Positions 18,270-27,905 of a DNA stretch of 60,705 bases are shown here, piece after piece. The notes below the pieces were generated by a model. The model did not search any database and had not been told where the DNA came from. It saw only the letters and a program-made list of their open reading frames with translations. The first letter of the stretch is position 1. The number at the start of each line of letters is the position of its first letter. A program made the position numbers and the translations under genes. This DNA is from an uncultured Victivallales bacterium (lineage in GTDB: Bacteria; Verrucomicrobiota; Kiritimatiellia; UBA8416; JADHWI01): assembly GCA_964544115.1 (NCBI GenBank), contig CAZJBP010000001.1, positions 1-60,705 on the forward strand. The letters are read 5' to 3'.

Positions 18270-19856
18270 ATGTCGCGTCACAACGTATTGCGGTCGACAG
18301 TCCTGATCAGCGCGTGCACCGGCTTGAGCCGCGTGCTGGGCTTCGCCCGCGAAATGTTCATGGCCCACTACTTCGGCACCTCGCTGGCGAAGTCCGCCTT
18401 CGACGTGGCCTTCAAGGTTCCGAACCTCTTCCGCCGGCTGTTCGGGGAAGGCGCGCTGTCGGCCGCCTTCATCCCCGTGTTCGCACAGACCGTGGAGGAA
18501 GAAGGCGCGCCCGCGGCCAACCAGCTTCTGAACCGCATGGCCTCGCTGCTGGCCGCGATCCTGTCGCTCGTGGTGCTCGTCGGCATCGTCGCCATCGCCG
18601 CCGCGATGGCCTTCCTGCCGCTCGGCGAGCGGGCGACCGCCGTGCTGCCGCTGCTGCAGATCATGCTGCCGTATGCGGTGCTCATCTGCGTCGCGGCCCT
18701 GTGCATGGCGGCGCTGAATGCGCTGCACCACTTCACCCTGCCGGCCCTGACCCCGTTGCTGCTGAACGTGGTGTGGATCGCCGCGCTCGTGATCGTGTGC
18801 CCGCGCATGGGGGCCTCGCCCGACGCGCGCATCCGGGCCCTGGCCTGGGCCATCACCATCGCCGGGGTTGTTCAGCTGGCCGTGCAGATTCCCGCGCTGG
18901 GCCGCTTCGGCATCTGGCTGCGTCCGAGCCTGGACTGGCGCTCCCCGCGCGTGCGCAGCGTCATGACGCTGATGCTGCCCGCGGCGCTGGGCATGGGCGT
19001 GGTCCAGATCAACGTCCTCGCCGATGGCCTGATGGCGCTGTGGGTGGGTAAGTGGGCGCCGGCCGCGCTGACCTACGCCGAGCGGCTGGTCTACCTGCCG
19101 CTGGGGCTGATGGGCACCGCGCTGGGCACGGTGCTGCTGCCGACCTTCGCGCGGCAGGCCGCCGCAGGGCGCCACTCGGAGATGGCGCGCACGCTGGAGG
19201 CCTCGATCCAGAACCTGATGGTGATCGTGATCCCGCTGGCCGCCGGCATGACCGTCCTGGCGCGGCCGATCGTCGACCTGACGTTCAAGGGCGGCGAGTT
19301 CGGCGCCGAATCGGCGACCTACACCGCGCGGGCGCTGATGTTCTATGCGCCGGGGTTGATCCCGTTCAGCCTCTACAAGCTGCTCGTCCCCGCGTTCTAC
19401 GCCACGAAGGACACGCGCACGCCCGTGCGGATCGGCGCGGCGATGGTCGCGCTGAACATCTGCCTCAACCTCACCTTCATCCTGACCTGGCCGGAGGGCT
19501 GGGGACACGCGGGGCTGGCCTGCGCCACCTCCCTGAGCAGCCTCGTCAACTGCCTCCTGCTGGGCCGGGTGCTCTCGCGGCGGATCACCGGCATGCGCTG
19601 GGGCGAGACGGCCGGCATCCTGGCCAGCAGCCTCACGGCGGCAGCGGTCATGGCCGGCTGCGTGGCGGCGGCCCAGCCCGTGGCCGTGGCGGCGCTGGCG
19701 CGGCTGGAGCTGGCCCCGAAGGTGCAGCACCTGGGGGTCCTGGCCCTGCTCGGCGGGCTCGGGCTGGCGGTCTACGCGGCCGGCGCCTGGCTGCTGTGCC
19801 GCGAGGCCCTGATCCGGGCGCTGACCGCCCGCCGGGCGGCGAAGGCCGCGGAATAA
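18270..19856 (+). CDS. murJ: Lipid II flippase MurJ
   Basis: LISACTGLSRVLGFAREMFMAHYFGTSLAKSAFDVAFKVPNLFRRLFGEGALSAAFIPVF is the canonical MurJ N-terminus; polytopic throughout. Confidence 0.9.
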   Translation: MSRHNVLRSTVLISACTGLSRVLGFAREMFMAHYFGTSLAKSAFDVAFKVPNLFRRLFGEGALSAAFIPVFAQTVEEEGAPAANQLLNRMASLLAAILSLVVLVGIVAIAAAMAFLPLGERATAVLPLLQIMLPYAVLICVAALCMAALNALHHFTLPALTPLLLNVVWIAALVIVCPRMGASPDARIRALAWAITIAGVVQLAVQIPALGRFGIWLRPSLDWRSPRVRSVMTLMLPAALGMGVVQINVLADGLMALWVGKWAPAALTYAERLVYLPLGLMGTALGTVLLPTFARQAAAGRHSEMARTLEASIQNLMVIVIPLAAGMTVLARPIVDLTFKGGEFGAESATYTARALMFYAPGLIPFSLYKLLVPAFYATKDTRTPVRIGAAMVALNICLNLTFILTWPEGWGHAGLACATSLSSLVNCLLLGRVLSRRITGMRWGETAGILASSLTAAAVMAGCVAAAQPVAVAALARLELAPKVQHLGVLALLGGLGLAVYAAGAWLLCREALIRALTARRAAKAAE

Positions 19857-19874
19857 TGGCCGCGCAGGCGTGCG

Positions 19875-21785
19875 GTGTTCTCTATGTCTGACAGTCCCCA
19901 CCCCGTGCTGTCCCCGACCGACGCCGCGCGCGTGCAGAAGGCGCTGCGCCAGTACTGGGGCTACGAGACGCTGCGGCCGCTGCAGGCCGACGCGATCGCC
20001 TGCGCGCTGGCCGGACGCGACTCGCTCACGGTCCTGCCGACGGGCGGCGGCAAGTCGCTGTGCTACCAGATCCCCGCCGCGCTCGACGGGGCGCTGGACG
20101 TCGTGGTCTCGCCGCTGATTGCGCTGATGAAGGACCAGGTCGACGGCCTGCGCGAGTCGGGCTACCCCGCGGCGGCCCTGCACAGCGCCATGGACGCGGA
20201 CGGGCGGAATGCGGTGGAGGCCGGGCTGAGCTCGGGCCGGACGCGGCTGCTGTTCGTCTCGCCCGAGCGCCTGCTGACGGAGGAGTGCCTCGCGCGGCTG
20301 GAGGGGCTCGGCGTCCGCCGCTTCGCCATCGACGAGGCGCACTGCATCAGTCAGTGGGGCCACGACTTCCGCCCGGAGTACCGCCGGCTGGCCGTTCTGC
20401 GCCGGCGGTTTCCGCGGGCCGGCGTGCACGCCTTCACGGCCACAGCCACCCCGCGCGTGCGCGAGGACATTGTGCGGCAGCTCGGCCTGAGGGATGCGGC
20501 CGTGCTCGTCGGGCGCTTCGACCGGCCGAACCTGATCTACCGCGTGCTGCCCAAGACCGACCTGCGCGAGCAGACGGCGGCGGCCCTCGCGCGGCACGCC
20601 GGGGAGGCGGCGATAGTCTACTGCCTCAGCCGCAAGGACACCGAGATGCTCGCGGCGTGGCTGGCGGCGAGCGGCGTGCGCGCCGCCCCCTACCACGCCG
20701 GCATGGACGCCCAGGCGCGGCACCGCACGCAGGAGGCCTTCGCCGACGGCACGCTGGATGTGGTCGCCGCCACGGTGGCGTTCGGCATGGGGATCGATCG
20801 CAGCAACGTGCGCTGCGTCGTCCACACCTCGCTGCCCAAGAGCATCGAACACTACCAGCAGGAGACCGGCCGGGCCGGGCGCGACGGGCTGGAGGCCGAG
20901 TGCGTGCTGTTCTACTCGGCCGCCGATGTCATGCGCTGGAAGTCGATCTTCGACAAGTCCCGCGAACCCGGGGACGACGGGGGCGAGCCGGAGCGTTCCC
21001 CCGAGGCCGAGGCCCAGGCCGCGGGCGACAGGGAGGCCGCGCGCCGCGTCCAAGACGAGCTGCTCCAGGGCATGCAGCGCTTCTGCACGTCCGCGCGCTG
21101 CCGCCACCGGGCGCTGTCGGAGTACTTCGGCCAGGACTACGAGCGCGACAACTGCGGCGCCTGCGACGTGTGCCTGGACGAGGTCGAGGACGTCGCCGAC
21201 GGCACCGTGCTGGCGCAGAAGGTGTGCTCCTGCGTGGCGCGGGTGAACCAGCGCTACGGAATCGGGCACGTCGTGGACGTGCTCCTCGGGTCCGACACCG
21301 AGCCCATTCGCCGCGCCGGCCACGACACCCTGAGCACCTACGGCCTTGTGAAGGACACCTCCCGCGCGGCGCTGATGGCCATGGTCTACCAGCTCCTCGA
21401 CCAGGGCCTGCTGGCCCGCACCGAGGGCGAGCGGCCCGTGCTGCAGCTCAACGAGGCCTCCTGGGAGGTCATGCGCGGGCAGCGCGCCGTGCGCCTGCTG
21501 CGTCCCCGGGAGCGGCTGCGGAAGCGCACCGCGCGCGGCGAGGCGGCGCTCGCGGGCGTTGAGGACGGGCTGTTCCAGGCGCTTCGCCGCTGGCGCCAGG
21601 AAGAGGCGCAGCGCCATCACGTGCCGGCCTACGTGATCTTCCACGACACCACGCTGGTCGAACTGGCCCGCCACCAGCCGACCGACGTGGACGCTCTGCG
21701 CGGCATCTCCGGTATCGGAGAGCGCAAGCTGGCCCAGTGGGGCCACGCCGTCTGCGAGGTCATCCGCACCCACGGGCGGGCATGA
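19875..21785 (+). CDS. recQ: ATP-dependent DNA helicase RecQ
   Basis: LPTGGGKSLCYQIPA, DEAHCISQWGHDFRPEY, Zn-binding CRHRALSEYFG...CGACDVC, and a C-terminal HRDC-like FHDTTLVELARHQPTDVDALRGISGIGERKL. Confidence 0.9.
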   Translation: MFSMSDSPHPVLSPTDAARVQKALRQYWGYETLRPLQADAIACALAGRDSLTVLPTGGGKSLCYQIPAALDGALDVVVSPLIALMKDQVDGLRESGYPAAALHSAMDADGRNAVEAGLSSGRTRLLFVSPERLLTEECLARLEGLGVRRFAIDEAHCISQWGHDFRPEYRRLAVLRRRFPRAGVHAFTATATPRVREDIVRQLGLRDAAVLVGRFDRPNLIYRVLPKTDLREQTAAALARHAGEAAIVYCLSRKDTEMLAAWLAASGVRAAPYHAGMDAQARHRTQEAFADGTLDVVAATVAFGMGIDRSNVRCVVHTSLPKSIEHYQQETGRAGRDGLEAECVLFYSAADVMRWKSIFDKSREPGDDGGEPERSPEAEAQAAGDREAARRVQDELLQGMQRFCTSARCRHRALSEYFGQDYERDNCGACDVCLDEVEDVADGTVLAQKVCSCVARVNQRYGIGHVVDVLLGSDTEPIRRAGHDTLSTYGLVKDTSRAALMAMVYQLLDQGLLARTEGERPVLQLNEASWEVMRGQRAVRLLRPRERLRKRTARGEAALAGVEDGLFQALRRWRQEEAQRHHVPAYVIFHDTTLVELARHQPTDVDALRGISGIGERKLAQWGHAVCEVIRTHGRA

Positions 21786-22051
21786 AGACGACAACCGTCA
21801 TGAATGTGCGGCGGCACCTCGGGGAGATTCTTGACGAGGTCAGGCTCAAGTCGGAGACGTTTATCGTCGAGAGGGCGGGCAAGCCGATCGCGCGCATCAG
21901 CCCGCTGGAGCAGGCCGAGACACCCGCCGACGCGGCCGAACGGCGCGTCAGGGCTGTCCGTGAGGCAGCCGGGATGTATGCCACATCGCCAAGGGCGGCG
22001 GACATCGATGCCTGGCTCGATAAGGAACGAGACCGCTGGGGAGAGCGCTGA
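21782..22051 (+). CDS. Phd/YefM-family antitoxin
   Basis: MKTTTVMNVRRHLGEILDEVRLKSETFIVERAGKPIARISPLE. Its ATG overlaps the recQ TGA (ATGA at 21782-21785). Confidence 0.75.
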   Translation: MKTTTVMNVRRHLGEILDEVRLKSETFIVERAGKPIARISPLEQAETPADAAERRVRAVREAAGMYATSPRAADIDAWLDKERDRWGER

Positions 22052-22461
22052 TGCCACGCGTCTTTCTGGACACCGGTCCCCTCATTTACCTGGCTGAAGG
22101 CGCGCCGCCGCGGATGAATCGCGTGCGGGATCAGTTGGCGCAGTGGATCCGCGCCGACGCCTTCATCGGGACCTCCACGCTGACGTTGCTGGAGCTGCTG
22201 GTCGTGCCGAAGCGGAAGCAGGACGTTCGCGCCGAACGCAAGTATCGAGCCCTGCTGGCGGCCTTTCTCAGCGAACCCACCGCCGCGTTGGACGAGAACG
22301 CCGCCGCCCTCGGAGCCGAGTACCGCGCGGCCCTGAACCTGCGGACCCCGGACGCCATCCAGCTGGCCACCGCCGTCAGTCGCGGCTACGACGTCTTCTA
22401 TACGAACAACCGCCGCCTGCAGCGATGCGGTGACATTGAGATCCTCCTCGTTGAGCCCTGA
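22051..22461 (+). CDS. vapC: PIN-domain toxin (VapC-like)
   Basis: VFLDTGPLIYL, LLELL, TPDAIQLATA and FYTNN carry the PIN acidic residues. Its start overlaps the antitoxin stop (TGATG). Confidence 0.8.
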   Translation: MPRVFLDTGPLIYLAEGAPPRMNRVRDQLAQWIRADAFIGTSTLTLLELLVVPKRKQDVRAERKYRALLAAFLSEPTAALDENAAALGAEYRAALNLRTPDAIQLATAVSRGYDVFYTNNRRLQRCGDIEILLVEP

Positions 22462-22487
22462 TCGGCGGCCGTTTCTCTCCTCTCGCG

Positions 22488-25361
22488 TCATCGCAGAAGG
22501 TGTGCGGCGACGATCTGCTGAATGCGCAGCAGCAAGGCATCGCCCGAGGCCAGCACAGCCTCCAGGGCGGCAGGGGTTGCCGAAACGTCATCGCGGGCGG
22601 CACGCAGGCGGCACAGTGCGGCCACGGCTGCGGCATCCAGCAGGTTGGAACCCACACACGTCGCCTCGATCGCTCCCGCGGGAATCGGCGCTTCCGGCGC
22701 CTCGCCGCCGTCCCCCACCAGCGTGACCAACGCCCGCAGGGCCGTCTCAACGGCCTCACACAGGGCCTGCGTCGCCTCGGCGGCGAAGCCCCCATCGCGC
22801 AGCACCCGCCCCATCCTCGCCTTGCGTTGGCCCTGGGCTATGAGCGCCTCCGCTCCAGCTCGGCGCCGACGCTTCTCATTCTCCGCCTCGGTGTCGGCAA
22901 GGCCGCCGTGCAGGACGGATCCGGACGCAGTTGAGAATTGAAGCACGCCGGCCGCCTCAAGCCGCCGGATGGCTTCGAAGGTTGACCGGTCCATCAATTC
23001 GAGGGCGGGCGCCGCAGCGCCGCCCTCGCGCTGGAATGCGTCATGGAGCAGGCGCTCGGCCACAGGACGGACTTGCTCGGCGTCGCCATCGACGACCGCC
23101 AGCAGCGTTGACAATCCCGTCGGCGGCGTGTGCGACTGCAGGAGCAGAAGGCGCGCGTCCAAGCGGACAGAGAGATCCTGTTTGAACGCCGTCAGCGGAT
23201 CGCCGCGCGAGGCGACAGCAGCCGGCGCTTCGGCGGGCACTGCGGCGGGGGGCGTCGTCGCGGAAGCGCCCATAATGGTCCCGATACGCTCCATGAACGC
23301 CTTGCGTCCGCCCGGCATCTTCAGGGCGGCCAGTTCGCCCCGTCCGTCCAGCACGCCATCGGCCAGTTCCTGCTTGCCCGCCAGGAGCCCCAGCATGCGG
23401 TGCTCGATGGAGTTTTCGCAGACGAGGTTGATCACCGTGACCGGGCGCGTCTGATGCTTCCGCCAGGCCCGGGCGATACGCTGTTCGAGTTTCGCGGGAT
23501 TCCACGGCAGATCGAGGTTGATGACGACGCTGGCGGCCTGCAGGTTGAGCCCGGTGGCGCCGGAATCGGTGGAAAGAAAGAGTCGGCACGCGGGGTCCTG
23601 CTTGAAGCGGTTGATCTCGGCCCGGCGCTTCTGCTGCGGCACGCTGCCCGTATGCCACGCGAACCCCAACTTCTTTCCACCCGCCAGCTCGCGTACGAGC
23701 TCCAGCATGCGCTCCCACTCCGAAAATATGATGATCTTCTCGTCGCCGGCGCCGCACAGGTCGTCCAGCACCGCATCGAGTTCGCGCAGCTTGGGGCTGA
23801 TGCGGCACTCCGGGTCCAGAATGAACGGCGTGTCGCAGATCATCCGCATGCAGGCCAGCCATCGCTGCAGTTTGTCGAACTCGTCCGGCATCAGCGGGCG
23901 ACGCTGGGCAATGGCAATGATCTTAGCCACGCGCGCCTCGTAGGCCGCGTAGCGAGCGGCCTGCTCGTCGTCCATCTTGACGAAGAAATTCTTGACGGTG
24001 CGCGGCGGCAGTTCCTCCTCGACCTCGTCCTTGCGGCGGCGCAGCATGATGGGCCGCAGGCGGCGATGCAGTTCATCCAGGTTGCGGAAGCCGGAGGGGC
24101 GGCCCTTCTCGTCGAGTTCGTAAAACTCGCGATTGAAGCGGAATAGCGAGCCGAACAGGGTCGGGTCGAGAAACTCGACGATGGAGTAGACTTCGTCGAT
24201 GCGGTTCTCCAGCGGGGTGCCGGTCAGAACGAATGCGTAGGGGCTCTGCAGTTGCTTGATCGTCCGCGCCGTCCGCGTCTGCCAGTTCTTGATGCGCTGG
24301 GCTTCGTCCAGGATGACCACATCCGGGGCAACCAGTTCATTCATCTCGCGCCAGTCCGCCAGAGCCTGCTCGTAGTTACACAGGTAGAAGAAACTCTTCG
24401 ACCGGTACAGCCGCAGGCGCTCCGCCCGTGGACCCCACACCGGCAACGCGGGCTGGTCCGTGAACCGCGCGATCTGTTCCTCCCACTCGGTCTTCAGCGA
24501 CGCGGGTGAGACCACCAGCACGCGTTCGATGCCGCGGGTGCGGCGCAGCAGCTCGCAAGCGGCGACGGCTTGGACGGTCTTGCCCAGCCCCATCTCGTCG
24601 GCCAGCAGCGCACGCTCGCCAAAGGCCAGGTGGAGCATGCCGTCGGTCTGGTACGGATAGAGTTTCCCCTTCACCACGTCCAACGTTCGTCGGCCCTCAG
24701 CCACATCTGCCAGGAATCGCGCCCGGGCTGTTGCCCGCTCTTCACGCCGCGCCGCTTCGCGAACCCATGCTTCCACATCCTGCGATACGCGAATGCACGT
24801 CCGTACGGAGGGACGAACCTTTTCGAGGGCGCGCACGAGGGACGGCACGGCATCGGTCGGCGGCGCCAGCAGGCGGCCTTGGGAATCAAAGAACGTCGCC
24901 AACAGACGTCGCGCGGCTGCCGACAGGCCGGAGGGCAGAAGAGCCAGCACCTCGGGAGCGCCCCTGCGGGCCAGATAGACTTCGGCGAACGGGCTGCCGC
25001 TCACCGCCGCCCGGCGATAGGCCCGAATGCCGGGCGCCCGCAGATGGCTCAGCACCGCTTCGATGTGCTTGCAGGTTCCGAGGCCGTTTTTCCGGAAGTC
25101 CATGCAATTGCACGTATTGTCCTGTCGCTCCAAAGCGCGAACCTCGACGCGATACGCGCCCCGGCCGGCCGCGTCTCCGCCTGCCAGGAAGTCGCCGTAG
25201 AAACCATCGACCCGCAGGGACTGGACGGCGATCGATTCGGTGGCAGCCCGCTGCCGTCGCCGCTCGATCTCGTCCTCATCGCTGGATTGCCAGCCATGCG
25301 GCGCGGCGCGCTTCGCGGTTGCCAAAGCAGGTTTCTTGCTCTTGGACGACTTCCCCTTCAT
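22488..25361 (-). CDS. SNF2-family helicase with an N-terminal SWIM zinc finger and an uncharacterised ~270-aa C-terminal extension
   Basis: SWIM: CNCMDFRKNGLGTCKHIEAV. SNF2: DEMGLGKT, DEAQRIKN, LTGTPLENR. Helicase C: STDSGATGLNLQ, DLPWNPAKLEQRIARAWR. Confidence 0.85.
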   Translation of the reverse strand: MKGKSSKSKKPALATAKRAAPHGWQSSDEDEIERRRQRAATESIAVQSLRVDGFYGDFLAGGDAAGRGAYRVEVRALERQDNTCNCMDFRKNGLGTCKHIEAVLSHLRAPGIRAYRRAAVSGSPFAEVYLARRGAPEVLALLPSGLSAAARRLLATFFDSQGRLLAPPTDAVPSLVRALEKVRPSVRTCIRVSQDVEAWVREAARREERATARARFLADVAEGRRTLDVVKGKLYPYQTDGMLHLAFGERALLADEMGLGKTVQAVAACELLRRTRGIERVLVVSPASLKTEWEEQIARFTDQPALPVWGPRAERLRLYRSKSFFYLCNYEQALADWREMNELVAPDVVILDEAQRIKNWQTRTARTIKQLQSPYAFVLTGTPLENRIDEVYSIVEFLDPTLFGSLFRFNREFYELDEKGRPSGFRNLDELHRRLRPIMLRRRKDEVEEELPPRTVKNFFVKMDDEQAARYAAYEARVAKIIAIAQRRPLMPDEFDKLQRWLACMRMICDTPFILDPECRISPKLRELDAVLDDLCGAGDEKIIIFSEWERMLELVRELAGGKKLGFAWHTGSVPQQKRRAEINRFKQDPACRLFLSTDSGATGLNLQAASVVINLDLPWNPAKLEQRIARAWRKHQTRPVTVINLVCENSIEHRMLGLLAGKQELADGVLDGRGELAALKMPGGRKAFMERIGTIMGASATTPPAAVPAEAPAAVASRGDPLTAFKQDLSVRLDARLLLLQSHTPPTGLSTLLAVVDGDAEQVRPVAERLLHDAFQREGGAAAPALELMDRSTFEAIRRLEAAGVLQFSTASGSVLHGGLADTEAENEKRRRRAGAEALIAQGQRKARMGRVLRDGGFAAEATQALCEAVETALRALVTLVGDGGEAPEAPIPAGAIEATCVGSNLLDAAAVAALCRLRAARDDVSATPAALEAVLASGDALLLRIQQIVAAHLLR

Positions 25362-25409
25362 CGATTGTCCATCCTTTCCGTGTCTTCCCTACGCGTCCCG
25401 AAGCGTCAC

Positions 25410-25433
25410 TCTCACACTTCATGAAGTGTGAGA
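25410..25433. promoter_or_regulatory. Perfect 24-bp palindrome TCTCACACTTCATGAAGTGTGAGA (candidate operator or stem-loop)
   Basis: Checked base by base: 12+12 perfect arms centred at 25421/25422. Lies 49-72 nt upstream of the SNF2 start (25361) and 25 nt past the ecfT stop (25458). Confidence 0.35.
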
Positions 25434-25457
25434 CTCGCCCTGAAGGGCCGGACGCCA

Positions 25458-26219
25458 TCAGGCCGCGTAGTAATGCCAGGCGAACACGGCGCAGACCGCC
25501 ACGACAACGGTGAGCAGGACGGCGTCGCGCCACGTCAGCGGGTATTCGCTCAGGACGCTGCGCCGACGCCGGTTCCCAAACCCCTTGGATTCGAGGGCCA
25601 CGGCCAGCTGGTCGGCCCGCCGCAGGCCGCTGACCATGATCGGCACAATGATCGGCACGTAGCGGCGCAGGCGCGCCAGCAGCCCCCCGGCGTCCAGGTC
25701 CAGCCCGCGCGTCTTCTGCGCCATGACGATGGTCTGGCCGGCATCCATGAACAGGGGCGTCAGCCGGAAGGCCAGCGAGAGGGTGAAGCTGACCACGAAG
25801 GGCAGCCCCAGCCGCGACAGGCCGTAGGTGAAATCCTCGATGCGGGTGCAGGTCAGGAACATCACCGCCGCCACGACGAAGCAGTTCAGGCGGATGCCGA
25901 CAGCCATGCCGTACTGCAGGCCGCCGGCGGCGTTGGATGAAAAGCCGGCTCCGGCGGTGTGCGCTGCGGCCGGGAACAGCGACCACATCGCCGCGCTCAT
26001 CACGAAGAGCAGGACCATGATGCCGGCCATGCGGCGCAGCGTCGGCCCGCAGCCGGCCGGCAGCGACACCAGCAGGAGCAGCCCGAAGTAGGGCAGCACT
26101 TCCAGCGGGCCGCGGCTGAGAAACGGCGGCACGAAGGCAAGCACCAGGGCCGCGATCTTGCTCACGGGATGGGCCTGCTCGAAGAAGCCGCCCGTGGGCC
26201 GGTAGAGCGAGAGGCTCAT
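25458..26219 (-). CDS. ecfT: ECF transporter transmembrane (T) component
   Basis: MSLSLYRPTGGFFEQAHPVSKIAALVLAF...; CbiQ/EcfT-like ARG motif region IVMAQKTRGLD. ATG overlaps the ecfA stop (ATGA). Confidence 0.8.
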   Translation of the reverse strand: MSLSLYRPTGGFFEQAHPVSKIAALVLAFVPPFLSRGPLEVLPYFGLLLLVSLPAGCGPTLRRMAGIMVLLFVMSAAMWSLFPAAAHTAGAGFSSNAAGGLQYGMAVGIRLNCFVVAAVMFLTCTRIEDFTYGLSRLGLPFVVSFTLSLAFRLTPLFMDAGQTIVMAQKTRGLDLDAGGLLARLRRYVPIIVPIMVSGLRRADQLAVALESKGFGNRRRRSVLSEYPLTWRDAVLLTVVVAVCAVFAWHYYAA

Positions 26220-27892
26220 GCCGGCCTCCTTTCCAGCGCTCCGGCCAGTTCGTCCACCGTCACGGCAGGCACCCCCAGCAGGCTGCCCAGCCGCACGCAC
26301 GGCGGCGCCACGAGGCCGGCCAGCGCCAGCCGGTCCGGCTGGTGAAACACCTGCCGCGCGGTGCCGTCGGCGATGATCTCGCCGCCTCTCATGAGCACCA
26401 CGCGCCGCGCCCAGGTGGCCGCGACGTCCATGGCGTGGGTGATGATGATGACCGTGTGCCCGGCGCTGTTCAGCCGGGCCAGCAGCTGCATCATGGCGAC
26501 CTGCTCGGCCGCGTCCAGGCCGGTGGTGGGCTCGTCGAGCACCAGCACCTCCGGCTCGCACGCCAGCACGCAGGCCACGGCCAGCTTCTGGCGCTCGCCC
26601 TTGGTCATGACAAACGGATCGGTCTGCTCGCGGCCGCCCAGCCCCACCGTCTCCAGCGCGACGGCGACCCGGCGCGGCAACTCAGCCGGCGGCACCTTGC
26701 GGTTCGAGAGCCCGAACGCCACCTCGTCGAAGACCGTCGCCGCGAACAGCATGTGGTCGGGGTCCTGAAAGACAAAGCCGACGCGCGCGCCCAGCCGCGC
26801 CGTGTCGGCCCGGGTGATCGCGGCCCCGTCGAACCGCACCTCGCCGAAACGCGGCGTCAGCAGGCCCATGGCGTGCTTGACCAGCGTCGTCTTGCCGGAC
26901 CCGTTCTGACCGAGCAGGGCCACGAAGTCCCCGCGCCGGATGCCGAGGTTGACGTCCCGCAGGACCGGCTTGTCCGGCGTGTAATGGAAACTGACGCCGC
27001 TGAGTTCGATCAGGCTGGCGCCGCCGGGCTCGGAGCGGTCGGCAAAGGCCGCCCCGGCCTTGGCCGACATGCCGGCGCGCGCCAGCGCGGCCCGCGCCGC
27101 GGGCACGTCGACCGGGCGGTCGGGCAGGCCCAGCCGGGCGCACAGCTCGAACATCTGCGGACACTGGACGCCGTTGCGCAGGCAGAAGGCCGGATCCGCC
27201 AGCACGTCCGCCGCACGTCCCTCCGCCGCCACGCGGCCCTGCCGAAGCACGACCACTCGGTCCGCGTGCACCAGCCGTTCGGTCTCGTGTTCCACGAGCA
27301 CCACGCCGTGCCGATCCCTCGACAGGCTGCCCAGCGCGTCGAAGAGCTGCTGCCGGCCGACGGGGTCCAGGTCGGTCGTCGGCTCGTCGCACAGCAGCAG
27401 GTCCGGCTTCAGGCACAGGACGCTGGCCAGCGCCAGCCGCTGCTTCTGGCCGCCGGACAGCGTGTGGGGATCACGGTCCAGCAATCCGTCCAGGCCGACC
27501 TGCCGCGACACCGTCTCGATCCGCTCCCGCATCGTGGCGCGGTCGAGGCCGAGGTTCTCCATGCCGAAGGCGCACTCGAGGCGCGCGTTGGTTGAGAAGA
27601 GCTGCGACTCGAAATCCTGGAACATCGTGCCGACCTGGCCACAGAGGTCGGCGATGCGCTTGTGGGCGATCGATTCGCCGTGCACCTGCACCTCGCCGCG
27701 GAACGGGCCCCGGAAGAACTTCGGCACGATGCCCGAGGCGCACCGCACCAGCGTGGACTTGCCGGCGCCGGTGGCGCCCACGATGCCGACGAACTCACCG
27801 CGATCGACGTGGACGTCGATGCCGTCGAGGGCCGGCGCGCGCGCGCCCCGGTAGGCGAAGGTGACGTTCTTGCAGGAGAGAAGGGTGCTCAT
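26216..27892 (-). CDS. Fused ECF ATPase (EcfA1-EcfA2, two ABC domains)
   Basis: Walker A GIVGATGAGKST and LLGQNGSGKTT; signature LSGGQKQRLALA and a degenerate MTKGERQKLAVA; Walker B LLLCDEPT and VLVLDEPT. Confidence 0.85.
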   Translation of the reverse strand: MSTLLSCKNVTFAYRGARAPALDGIDVHVDRGEFVGIVGATGAGKSTLVRCASGIVPKFFRGPFRGEVQVHGESIAHKRIADLCGQVGTMFQDFESQLFSTNARLECAFGMENLGLDRATMRERIETVSRQVGLDGLLDRDPHTLSGGQKQRLALASVLCLKPDLLLCDEPTTDLDPVGRQQLFDALGSLSRDRHGVVLVEHETERLVHADRVVVLRQGRVAAEGRAADVLADPAFCLRNGVQCPQMFELCARLGLPDRPVDVPAARAALARAGMSAKAGAAFADRSEPGGASLIELSGVSFHYTPDKPVLRDVNLGIRRGDFVALLGQNGSGKTTLVKHAMGLLTPRFGEVRFDGAAITRADTARLGARVGFVFQDPDHMLFAATVFDEVAFGLSNRKVPPAELPRRVAVALETVGLGGREQTDPFVMTKGERQKLAVACVLACEPEVLVLDEPTTGLDAAEQVAMMQLLARLNSAGHTVIIITHAMDVAATWARRVVLMRGGEIIADGTARQVFHQPDRLALAGLVAPPCVRLGSLLGVPAVTVDELAGALERRPA

Positions 27893-27905
27893 TCGAATCC
27901 CGCGC

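Noticed and set aside
22051-25361. recQ-TA-SNF2 as a coherent anti-phage defence island.
   Set aside because: No nuclease, methyltransferase, Sir2, TIR or other effector genes are adjacent. SNF2 is convergent rather than co-oriented, and the flanks are core genes (murJ, the ECF transporter). The data are insufficient, so it is reported only as a weak possibility under the SNF2 finding.
25410-25433. The 24-bp palindrome as a CRP/FNR or LexA site.
   Set aside because: The half-site order is TCACA...TGTGA with 10 intervening bases, which is inverted relative to CRP TGTGA-N6-TCACA. It has no similarity to the LexA consensus variants I know. Retained only as a generic operator or stem-loop candidate.
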